64,000 nucleotides of DNA. Source: Neocallimastix sp. 'constans'. Taxonomy: Eukaryota. The notes beneath the pieces were generated by a model. It did no database searches and had not been told where the DNA came from. It worked only from the letters and a program-made list of their open reading frames with translations. The position numbers were made by a program, and so were the translations under genes. Shown piece after piece: positions 51,346 through 64,000 of this stretch (within the stretch, counting starts at the first letter, position 1; every line of letters starts with the position of its first letter). Location: assembly GCA_050613775.1 (NCBI GenBank), contig JBODTK010000147.1, positions 1-64,000 on the forward strand, written 5' to 3'.

Positions 51346-54300
51346 CAATTGATATATAATTAAAATTATTTCCATATAAGGGAAATTTTAAATATAATTA
51401 ATATAAGATGAATAATGATTCTTAATTCTATTTTTAATGATTAAATTAAATTCAAGAAAAAAATTTATTATGATTTTAAAATATTTATATTTTCTTTAAA
51501 AAAAACATTTAACAATATTTTTTTAATATGATTAATTAATTTTTAAATGAAAGTGGGTTTTTTAATATGATTATTTCTTAAAATCAAATAGTAATTCAAA
51601 AATATATTAACATTATTATTCCATAGTATATTAAATGAAACTTTATTTAAAATATATTCCAATCAATTGGCATTTTTCTTTTCTATTCTTTCTATATTTT
51701 AATTTTAACTTAATAATTAATAATTTTATAAAATAATACTATTATGCATATTCAATATTTTTATGTATTTTTTTTTTTTAAAAAAAAAAAATAATAATAA
51801 TAATAAAAATAAATATGTGTATAGATACAATATCTTAACATTTTTTTTACCCATTTTCGTTGTTAAAAATAGTCCTATATATCACCAATAAATATTACTA
51901 CTCTCTCATGGATAAAAAAAATTTTTTTTCTTTAAAAGATAAAATAAAAAATAAAAGATATTAGCTATTTTAAAAAAATATATATATATATATTTAATAG
52001 ATAAAATTTATATTATAATTTACAATTATAAAATTTAAAACATTAATAAATATAATTTACTGTTTTCAAAAAAAAAATACTATTATTTGTTTTCAATTAA
52101 AAAAAATACTATTAATTGTTTTCAATTAAAAAAAAAAAAAATACTATTAATTGTTTTCATTTAAAAAAAAAAATACTATTATTAATTGTTTTCAATTAAA
52201 AAAAAAAAAAGAAAATTGTTTTCATAAGACAATAATATAATATATTTATTGGTAATTCTATTAAATAATATATTAAATGAAACCATTTTGTTTTAAATGT
52301 TATAATGAAAAGAAATCGTTAATAAAAAAAAAAAAATAAATAAATAATATTTTATATTTCATTTGTTTTATCTATTTATTAATATATATATTTTTTTTTT
52401 TTTTTTATTCTTTAGTAAAAAATTTTTAATTTATATTTTAATATATTTTATTCCTAAATCATTTGTAAAATATTAAATTATATTAATTAAACTTTTATTA
52501 TTTAATTTTTATTTTATATTTTTTTTATTTTATTCCAAATAAAAAACTTTTTTATAATAAATAGAGTTTAAATTTAATTTATATCTAATTTAATTAGATT
52601 ATTACTATTATTATTTTTATTTCATTATTTCATTATTCAAAAGTTTTTTTTTTTTTTAATAAATTATTCTTCATATATTCTTCGTAACATGAATACTTTA
52701 GAGTTTTATTATTTAATAGATTTTTTTTTATTATTATTAAACCATTGTTAAATGTTTCCCTATTTCCCGCCTCCTTAAATTGAAATTTAATATAAATTAT
52801 TTACATATAAAATTATAAAATAATCATTAAAAATTAAGCTATCTAAATAAATTCCATTATTATATTATAAATGAGACAAACGATGAATTGAAATTAATTA
52901 TTTTAATATAATGCATGAACGATAACAAATAATACAAAGCCTATTCTTGAATAACTTAATATATATCCTACACAGAGATTTTAAAATGACATTATATATT
53001 TAATATTTATTTAATAAATTTTTTATAGAAAACAAAGCTAAGATTTTTCAATGAATGATTTTCCATTAAATATGCAATTTATTTTAATTGGTATAAAAAG
53101 ATATTTCATTTCTTTAATTACATATGATATTTTAATTAATTTATTTAGTATTCAATATTTTTCAAAAAAAAAAAAAAAAAAATTTGTCTGTAACATTCAA
53201 ACAAAATTATTTTTAAAAAAAAAAAAAAATTTAAATTTAATAACCTTAACTTTTGAGAAAACTTAACTATAATAAATATAAAAAATAAAAAAAGATTAAT
53301 CTTTCTTTCTTTTTTTTTTAAAAAAAAAAAAACAATATTTACTAAATATAAATTAAAAAGAAATTAAATTCATTAATTATTCTAATTATTTAATAATCAA
53401 AGTGTTTATTATTTATTATTTTTCTTTTTTCATTTTTCTTTTTATTTATTTATATATTATATTTTTATATATTTATTTATTTTATTTATATATTGATTTT
53501 ATTTATTTTATATATTTTATATTTTATATTTTTTGTTTTTTGTTTTTTAATTAAAAAATTTAAATCACTAATAAATAAAAATATATTTGTTAATATACTT
53601 TTATATATTTGAAATTATATTATAAAATATATATAACTATATATTATATTTATATAATGAATTGACTATAAAATATAAAATGCCATAATAGTATATTAAA
53701 ATGTAAACTAATATATATAATATTAATTATTATAATATATTATAATATATTATATACTTTATTATGTTTTTTTTTTTGTTTTTTTTTTAAAAAAAAAAAA
53801 AAAATCTTTTAAAAAGATAAAAAATGAAATTTTTTAAACTTCATTAAGATAAAAAGATAAAAATAAAAAAAAATGTCAAGAGAGAACTTTAAATAGCTAA
53901 ACGAAATATTTATAAAAATCTATCTTTTAAAAAATTTAAATATTAAATTAAATATATTAGTAAAAAATTAATAGTAAAGATATAAAAATAAAAAAAAACT
54001 TTAACAAAAAAAAAAAATTATCTTTATTAATATGAAATGTATTTGTATTAGATATTTTTAAATATCTTGTTAAAAAAGAAATAACAAGGATATAAAAGAT
54101 ATTAAGAAAAGATAATAAATTTGTAAAAAGAGTGATAGCAAAAAAAAAATTTTAAACTCAACAATATATTATAATAATTATAATTATTATTATTATTATT
54201 ATTATTTCAATATTAATATTAAATTTATTTTTATTCATATTTTTTTATTATTATTATTAATTATATATATTTATATAAATATTATTCATACTCTAATTTT

Positions 54301-57300
54301 TTTAATAATATATATATATATATTTTTTTTTTTGTTATTATTGAGTTTAATTAAATAATTAAAAGGAAATCATAATTAATATAATTGTTTATAAGATAAA
54401 TGTTTTTTTTTTTCTTTTTTCTTTGATTATTGACGTTGTTAAAAATATTAAAAAATTAATGAAATTAAACACAATTTAAATAAATAATTAATATTAAAAT
54501 TAAAATATAAAATCAATAAATTTAAAATTTTATTTGCCCTTAATGATAAAAATCATGTGTGCTTTAAACAAAATAAAATAAAACAAGTATTATTATTATT
54601 ATATAGATTTTTTAAGAAAGTATTAATTATTAAGAAAATTTTATTTTTTTAAGAAATTTTTTTTTTTAAAAAAAATTTATATATATATCTAATATATTAA
54701 AGTCTCTATATAGATAGATAATAAATAATAAATGGTATACTTTAATATTATTTTTTTGTATATTTTCTATTTATTTATAATAACAAAATAATTACTCATA
54801 AAAAAAAAGAAAAAAAAAAAAAAAGAAGATAATTTTTAATATAATAAAAAAAATATGTATATATATATAATATAAAATCTTATATTTTACCGTTTTTAAC
54901 CTAAAAAGAAATATAAAAGTTTTATTAGATTTATCTTTAATTTTATTTCACCTTAATTTTTAATATTTCCTTTTTTTTTTTTTTTTTTTTTTATTTTTTT
55001 ATTTTTATTTAAACTTTTATTTAATAAAATAGATTTATAAAATAATATTAATTTATTATAGAAATTATTAAAACTTATTATTATTAAACTTTATAAATAA
55101 AAATTTATAATTATAGTATTAAAAAAAAAAAAAAAGAAAAATAATAATTAATTAATTGGTAACTTATTTATGTATCATTATTATTATTTATTGAAATTAA
55201 AATATTTTTTTAAATGATTTTAAAATAATATATATTGATAAATTATAAATTTTTAATTAATATTTAACTTTATTTAATTTTTTAAAAAGGTTAGGTTTTA
55301 AAAATTATATAAGATTTATTTTTTATTAATATTTCTTTCATTATTAAAATTAAATATAATCCTAATAAATTACTATATATTGCAATATATTGTAAATATA
55401 TTAATAATATATTGTAAACATTATTTTCAAATTAAAATTTGTTTAATACCAAAAAAAAAAAATTTGACAAAATTTTCATAGATTTATTTTTTTTTTTTTA
55501 TATAATAAAAACTAAAAAATTTCAAAAATTAACTTTTGGTATCTTTTTTAAAAAAAGATACATTTAAAACAAAAAATTAAAAGATATATATAGAAATTAA
55601 AAAAAAAAAAAAAAAAAAGAAAAAGATGAACAATAATTTTTATAAAAGAGAAAAGAAAAAAAAGATAATTAAATATACAAAGATATATATAATTTTATTA
55701 TAAAAAAAAATTTTATATTTTTTTTATTTTATAATTCAATAATAGAATATAGTATCATCATTAAAACTATTGTATAATTTATAAATAAAACTTGATATAT
55801 ACCTATATATTATTTTAAATTTTTAATTGATTTTATCAAAGTATATATATATATATATATATATACTATTAAAAGATAATAATTAAAAAGAAATAAATTT
55901 ATAATAATATCTTAAAAAAAAAAAAAAAACTTGAAATGAAACCAATATAAATGTATAATGGTAACCATAAAGATAAAAACGAAGTATATATATATAGATA
56001 ATATTTTAATTATTTAACTTTTATAAAAAAAACAATATTAAGAAATTAATTAAAAAGATATAAGAAATTAAATTTACAACCAAAAATAATCAATAAAAAA
56101 ATTGATAATTATTAAAAAAAAAAAGTATTAAAATAAATATTTAAATGAAAATTTAAATATTTTAATTTTTTTGAGAAATGAAAAACACATTATTATAAAA
56201 AGTATTATTGTATCATATATTCAATAATTTACTAAAATAACTTTCCAATATTATTTATAAATTATGGAATTTCTATTTCCTAAATATATCTTCTACTATT
56301 TATTTTATTCAATCTGTACTTTAATTATATTTAATATTTTACGAATTATTTTATTTTAATTTATTTTTTTTTTTTTTCCAATTTTATGTCCCTCTTTTCA
56401 AACATGTACATACATATATATTTATAATATTCTTTTTTATAACTCTAATATTTTATAAATAATACTTTTATTTTACCTTTACTAAATTAATAATTTGGAG
56501 TATTTATTTCAATATATAATGCTACAAAACTTAATATATGTTGAATACGATCAATACAATAATACAATAAGCAATAAACTTATATATAATATAATTCATT
56601 TTATTTTATATCATTTATTGGCATGACAGTAAATATTTTTATTGATGCCATATTAATGGTAAATTTCATATATTAAAATTAATCTATTTACTATTCTGAA
56701 ATATTATTCTATATTAAAAAAAAAAAAAAAGTTTTATTAATTAAAAAATGATCCTTTTAATATTTTTTTTTATGATGATGATACATTTTTTTATTATATA
56801 AAAGTATTTAATGTACGTAAAATATTGATGTAGCTATAAAATTCTAATGTATCTATAAAATATTAATGTATCTATAAAATTCAAATGTTTCCATAAAATA
56901 TTAATGTATCTATAAATATTTAATGTATATATAAATATTTAATGTATATATAAAATTCAAATGTTTTTAATTAAATTTTTTATTATATATAAATTTTTTA
57001 TGTATAAAATCCAATTTGTTTATATAAAAGAATGTAGTATTTATGCTTCCCTTTTGATTATATAATTTATAAATATATATATTTTTTAATTTTTTTTTTT
57101 TTTTTTTTTTACTTTAGTTTTAAAACGATTTAAATTTTTTTTAATATTACAAAAATATCTTTGTAGGATTGAAATCATCAACTGTTCTTGGTTTTTATTA
57201 AAGATTTAAAATGCATAATATTAATTCCTAATATCATTTAATACTATTGTTAAATTTATAATTAATGCCAACTCCATTAAATTAAATAAATATTATTTTA

Positions 57301-57599
57301 ATATAAAAAATAGAATTGATTTTCATGTCAATTAGTATTTGTAATAAGCCAGTTTTAATATTTTATATTTATATATATTTATATCTATAATTTAAATAAA
57401 ATAAAAATAAAAATAAAAAAAAAAAAAAAAAAAAAAAAGATAAATAAAAATATATATAGTTTCATATTTTTAAAAGAACAACCAAAAAGATATTTGATAT
57501 AGCTAATTTTAAAATATATATAAACAAATTGTTGAAAAAAAAAAATTAGAATAAAAATGATGAAATAATAAATAAAATATGAGATATAAAAATGAAAAG

Positions 57600-57942
57600 A
57601 AAAAATAATAATAAATTAATAATAATAATAAATAGTAATAAAAATAATAATAATAATAAATAGTAATAAATAAATAAATAAAATAATAATAAATAATAAA
57701 TAATAAATAATAATAATAATAAATAATAATAATAATAATAAATAATAATAAAAATAATAATAAATTAATAATAATAATAAATAATAATAAAAATAACAAT
57801 AATAATAAATAGTAATAAATAAATAATAATAAAAATAATAATAATAAAATAATAATAATCATAATAATCATAATCATAATAATAATAATAATAAATAATA
57901 ATAAAAATAACAATAATAATAAATAGTAATAATAATAATAAA
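57600..57942. repeat. Imperfect (AAT)n low-complexity tract
   Basis: Runs of AAT/AAAT. It generates the spurious ORF 57509-57913. Confidence 0.85.
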
Positions 57943-59106
57943 AGAAAAATTGTTAAAAAACTTGTATTACTCGTATTATTCGGAAATAATATTAATGTAT
58001 CATCTAAAAAAAAACAAAACTTATTTTAATATAAAAAGCATTGATTAAATTTTTGTCCCCATGAAATTAAATTTAAATTTATATTAAATTTTAATTAAAT
58101 TAATATATTTTCTATTATTTTCTATTTAACTATATTCCGCTATTCAGTTTGTTATAAAATTCAATATTTATTATTCATAAAATAAATTACTATTTGCAAA
58201 CTTTAATAAATTTAAAAAAAATATATATATTTTTTTTACTAATAGAAATAATTAATGCTATGTTTAAAATTCTTTATTTCCGTTTTATTCAATAAAAAAA
58301 CTTTTTATTCATTACTATTTTTAGTTTTATTAGCATTTAAATTTAATCTATATATATTAATTTAATTTAAATATTTATTCAAAATAATTAAAATGAGTTT
58401 GCTAAGAAATAATATATTTTTACCAATAATATTGGAAAATTATATATTAATTATATATATATGAATAATAAAAAAAAACGAAAAAAAAAAATAATAAATT
58501 TATAATAGTTAATGAATAAAAATATAAAAATATAAAAATCGAACTTTATATATATTAATTATTATTATTTTAAATTATAATAATGATTATGATTACTATT
58601 AATTATTGTTATTATAAAATTATTATTTGTAATTAATTGTTTGAGTATATTTTAATATAATTATTAATATTTAAAAAAAAAATTATATATATAAAGTTTC
58701 ATATTCATAACATAATAAATTGTCAAATCCTATTTAATCAAAAATTTGAATCAAACTCTATTTATTAATTAATGGTATTATTAAAAATGAATAGATTATA
58801 AATAATTATTTTTAGGTTTTTAATAAAGTAGAAATGTTTATTTTTTTTTTTATTTTGTTTATGTTATTTTTTCTTTTTTTCTTTTTTTTTTTTTTCCTTT
58901 TATTATTTATATTGGTATAATATTCAATTAATTATTAACAATATTTCATTTTAACTATTCGTGTTAAAATTTTATAAAGTAATACAAATGAGTGAATATA
59001 ATCTTCCTAATTCAAAGTATCTCTTTTGATAATTTCTTTGTCAAAATAAAAAAAATAAAATAAAATAAAATAAAATAAAATAAAATAAAATAAAATAAAA
59101 TAAATG

Positions 59107-59137
<31 letters not shown>

Positions 59138-61373
59138 CATGGTGAATATAAGGAAAAAAAGAGACATGAGACAATAAAATTAACGGGGGATAGAATTAAT
59201 AATTAAATAGATTAAATAGATGATATAAGTACATTGTAATCCATAAATTTTTAATTAAATTTTAATATATTAAAAAAATAATTTTATATGAAATGTAGCA
59301 TTAATAATATTAAAAAAATATACATATATGGAAATTGTTTCTCAGTATACATTTTTATTATTATGATTATGATTATGATTATGATTATGATTACTATTTA
59401 TTAATATTAATATTATTATTACTATTTATTACTATTTATTATTATGATTACTATTTAATATTAATATTATTATTACTATTTATTACTATTTATTATTATG
59501 ATTACTATTTATTATTATGATTACTATTTATTATTATTATTATTATTACAAAAAAAAAAAAAAATTTAAAAACTATTTAAATTATTTAAATATATATATA
59601 TAAATTAAAGGTAGATAGAAATATATTAAATTGAAATGATTAATAAACTGTTTATATATTATAGAAATTTTAAGAAGAGTAGTCAATCATCATATATTTA
59701 TAAAAAAAAAAAAAAAGTAAAGAAGTATGTTACAAAAATAAAGCAACATCTTTCTTATTAAATTTTCCTAATTTTTAATAATTTAATAATTTTCAAAATA
59801 GAACATAAAATTTTTAAATAGAAATACGTATTCTTCATCCATTCTACTAAAAAAATATCAATTCTGACATTATTTATTTTAAATACTCACTAAGCTGACA
59901 TTATTTATTTTATAGTAATTTATTAGAATTGATTTCCATAATATTATTAATTAATTATTTTATTATTTATTTCTATATATATATAAATATATAAAAAGGT
60001 TAAATCAATGAAATTAAATAAAGATAACACTACATATAAATACTATATATATAGATACTATATGTATAAATACTATATAGTTAAATACTATATAGTTAAA
60101 TACTATATATATATATATATATACTATATATATAAATACTATATGTATAAATACTATATGTGTAAATACTATATATTTAAATATATATATGTTTACATTT
60201 CTATTCTATATATTTTTTAACATTTTTATTAATTTTTTTTTTTTTACAATTTCAATAGATAGGATTATATATTCAATTCATCACAATAGGAATAAGAATA
60301 GGAATAATATATTAACGATTGATTAAAAAAACTTGTTTTGAATATGATTTGATTCTTTCCTTTTTTATCGATGGAACAAAATAATATTAATTTATTATTT
60401 AGTTTATATTAAAAAGAAAATTGAGTATTATCAATGATGGCATTTCATAGGATAAACTTTATTAATTATTTAAAACGATATTGAACAGAGAGTTTATTAC
60501 TTTATTATTTAGGTTAGCATTATTTAAAACATATTATTATATTAAAATTTTTATTTTATTTCCATATATAATCATTATATTTATTATATTAAAATAGATA
60601 TTTCATTATCATAATATTAATAAATAATAATAAAAAGAGTATTTATTAATAAATAATAATAAAAAAGTTTTTATTAATATATAATAATAATAATAATAAT
60701 AGTATTAATGATATTAATAATTAATCATTAATAATTAATCATTAATAATTAATAATTAATAATTAATAAGCCATGAATTCAAATCTTAAAAAGCTTTAAA
60801 AAAAAAAAAGTTTTAATATAGGTTATGTAAAATTTAATTTAATGATATTATTATTAAATAGGATTATTTATGGTTATGTAATAACTTTAAATCAAAACTT
60901 ATAAAATTCTTTTATTTAACAAAAAAAGAAAGTTTCAAACAAATTTAGATTAGAAAAAATGATAAATAGATTAAGATTAATAACTGTTTACTACTAATAA
61001 ATAAAATATGATAATCAATAGACTTTTCATTTTGATTTCATTACTCTCTAATTTATGTACGATTAATGTCGTCAAAATAATAATAATAAAATAAATAGTA
61101 GAATAATAAATATAGTTAAAGTACAGATGGAATAAAAATAAAAATAAAAGTTAATTGTGCGGATTGACGTTTTTGCCTCTCAAATGATAAAAAATTTTGT
61201 TTTATATTTTATACAAATTTAATTCATTAACTTTTAATAATTAAAAAAAAAAAAAAAAAAATTTATAAAGTCATTATGAAAGTGATGATGACTAATGCTT
61301 TCATCATCACCTTCAAAATCTAAAACATTAAAATATATTAATTAATTATTAATTGAAATGTTTTTAAATTTTG

Positions 61374-61409
<36 letters not shown>

Positions 61410-64000
61410 TGTACTCTCCGTTAAACAAATAAATTAAAAAAAAAAAAAAAAATTTTAGAAATTACTTTTCTTGTAAAATTTTTTAATGATGATAATATTA
61501 AATGATGATAAATTAAAAAAAAAAAAATTAAAAAATTATTATAATCTATGGAGAACTATATTTATATATAAATATCAATATAACTATATCAATATAACTA
61601 TATCAATATAAATATAAATATGAATATAAAACTATATAACTATATAGATTACAATATTATAATTATTTCACTTTTTTTATATGTATTTAATACGATTGAA
61701 AAATAATTTTTTCATTTTTGTATTGTTCAAAAAAAAAAAAATTAATAAAAAAAATAAATAAATTTTCTGTTTCCCTTCCCAATTAGGAAAATTCATTTAA
61801 AAATTTTAATTTACAAATAATAAATAATTAATAATTTATTTAATTTATGAAACTATCTCAAAAATTTTATTTTTTAAAATTTTATTTCTATACCAATGAA
61901 AAAATTTAATTAAATGGAAAGTTTAAAAAATATAAAATTTTATTTTTTTTTATTGTTACAAAAAAATAAAAAAATTTTTTTTAATTTCCATTGTCCAATT
62001 ATTAAATAGTACAAAAGTTTATTTTAATTAATTAATTAATTAATTAATTATTAATATGTATATTAATATATATATTTTGTTTAAATTTAATTTATTAAAT
62101 TAAATGAAATAATTTTTTATTTTTCTGTTTAAATGTAGATAATTGTTACATTATTGATTATATAAACTATTAAAAATAAATATTAAATAATTATATAAAA
62201 ATGAAATATTTAAATATTTAAATATATTTCATCAAACCCCCACTATCCTTTTTAACTATTTAACTATTTATCTATTTATCTAATTATTCATTCATTTATT
62301 TATCTATCTATTTATTTATCTATTTATTTATTTATTTATTTATTTATTTATCAAAGTATATTAATTTTTATTGGAATATTATATAATTATTAGTTTTAGT
62401 TTTTCAATATAATAAATAAATAAATAAATAAAAATAAAAATAAAAACTAAAATAAAATATAAATAGTATGAAAATAACATAAACTCAGAATAAAATATTC
62501 CATAGAAATGACAAAAAATAAATATAAAAATAAATATAAAAATAAAAATAAAAATAAAAATAAAAATAAAAATAAAAATAAAAACAAAAATATTAAAATA
62601 TAATTAATAAATAAAATAAAATTAAAATAATGAATTAAAAAAAAAAAAAAAAGAAAAGTTATATCTTACTAATAATATTTTATATTATGAATTTGAAAAA
62701 GTAATATTAAAAAGATAAAAAAATAATATTTTTTCTTTTAACTGGATTACCTTGAATTGAAATTCTTGATTATCTTTTTTTTCTGTATTTTTTTATTTTT
62801 TTTTTTTTTTTTTTTTTTTAATTCATTCAAATTATATGAAAATTAAAATATATATTATATAAAATATATATATAATTTTTTTCTAGCAAAAAATAATATA
62901 TTTAATAATATGATTTCTGGTATACATTTGTAAAAGTCTAAAAATTATCATATTTCATTTTTTTTATTTTTTTTTTTTTTTTTTTAATACTCTTATAATA
63001 ATAATAATAATTTAATGATATAAATAGTAAAAATATGGTATTTATTTCATATGGGTTTTTTTTATTTTTATTTTTTTTTTTTTCTTCTTTATTAATGTAA
63101 TAGAGTTCCATTGAAATTAACGAGAAACCTCTTATAAAAAAGAGTTCTCTCAATACTTATTCTTAAGTTATTATTAATATATTATTAATTATTTTTTTAT
63201 TATTCGTTAGAATTATTGCTTAATATATTTTAATATAATTACTTTATTAGTTATTATTATTATTCGTTATTTATTAATAATGATGAATGATTATCAGTTC
63301 TATTAAATATTTAATAGTATTTATTAATTAATATTAAAAGTATTAATTGTTATTATTATTAACTATTATAAGTATTAATTATTATTATTATTATTATTAA
63401 TTATTAATTATTAATTATTATTAATATTATTAACTAATTGATGAGTATGACTTATAATATTAAACCAATAATACAATATTAATTTATGAGGTTTTTTTTT
63501 ATTAAACAATACTGATCAATTACTAATAAAACTAGTGATATCCATTCATAAAATTGTATATAGGAGTAAATGAGACAGCTTGAGATCAATGGATTACTTC
63601 ATATTTCTTTTAAAGTACCTTTTTCGATTAAATATAACTTACCTTTCATATATATTATATATATCACTAATTCATCGGTGACCAGGAATAACGCATTATT
63701 TAACCTGGAGTATGGTTTATATTGTGCTGTAGCATCGTCAAAAATCAAAGCTTTCATCATAATTGCTGGCATAATCAGAAGTAGTTCTTACTTCCACTGT
63801 AATTTTAATGTATTCTAATTCTTATGATTATTTAAGTTTTTTTAAACTTACAAAATAATTTAATGATTTCTTCTTCTGTTGTTGGCTTTTTTTGCCTAGT
63901 AGTAAAGGTGTTCAAAAATAAACGGTTTAATTAAACGTATCATATTTACATTATTATTATAGTGTATAAAATAACAGAAAATATAAAGAGCATATATGTT

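Noticed and set aside
49932..63153. Short ORFs at 49932, 53051, 57509, 59335, 60008 and 62938
   Set aside because: Low-complexity, homopolymer-derived translations with no recognisable motifs.
63540..63920. 82-aa ORF in a GC-richer patch at the window end
   Set aside because: No recognisable domain, and the minus-strand frames I read contain stops. It may be a decayed element but cannot be supported here.

Overview
This is extremely AT-rich eukaryotic DNA with short GT-AG introns, long homopolymers and microsatellites. Fungal-type dockerins, CBM29-like modules and a scaffoldin-like repeat point to an anaerobic gut fungus (Neocallimastigomycota). I could reconstruct four intact minus-strand genes. 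(1) A 3-exon secreted GH10 xylanase with three CBM29-like modules and three dockerins (5658-9401, about 1048 aa). (2) An intronless secreted DUF4874/DUF4832-like protein with two ricin/beta-trefoil-like repeats (14251-16899); an inverted, truncated pseudogene copy lies at about 26545-27195. (3) A 5-exon, 232-aa secreted scaffoldin-like protein missed by the ORF track (35820-37135). (4) A 2-exon, 771-aa Asn/Met-rich protein (47293-49840). Mobile DNA comprises a decayed Ty1/copia element with both LTRs and a TTATT target-site duplication (38214-42812), a gag-only LTR element (31232-33625), further copia remnants and LTR copies, a decayed LINE, and a roughly 0.5-kb A-tailed insertion. The primer-binding sites of both LTR families resemble the tRNA-Lys anticodon arm, suggesting half-tRNA priming. 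I saw no rRNA, tRNA or CRISPR array. All family assignments come from motif recognition by eye, not from database searches.
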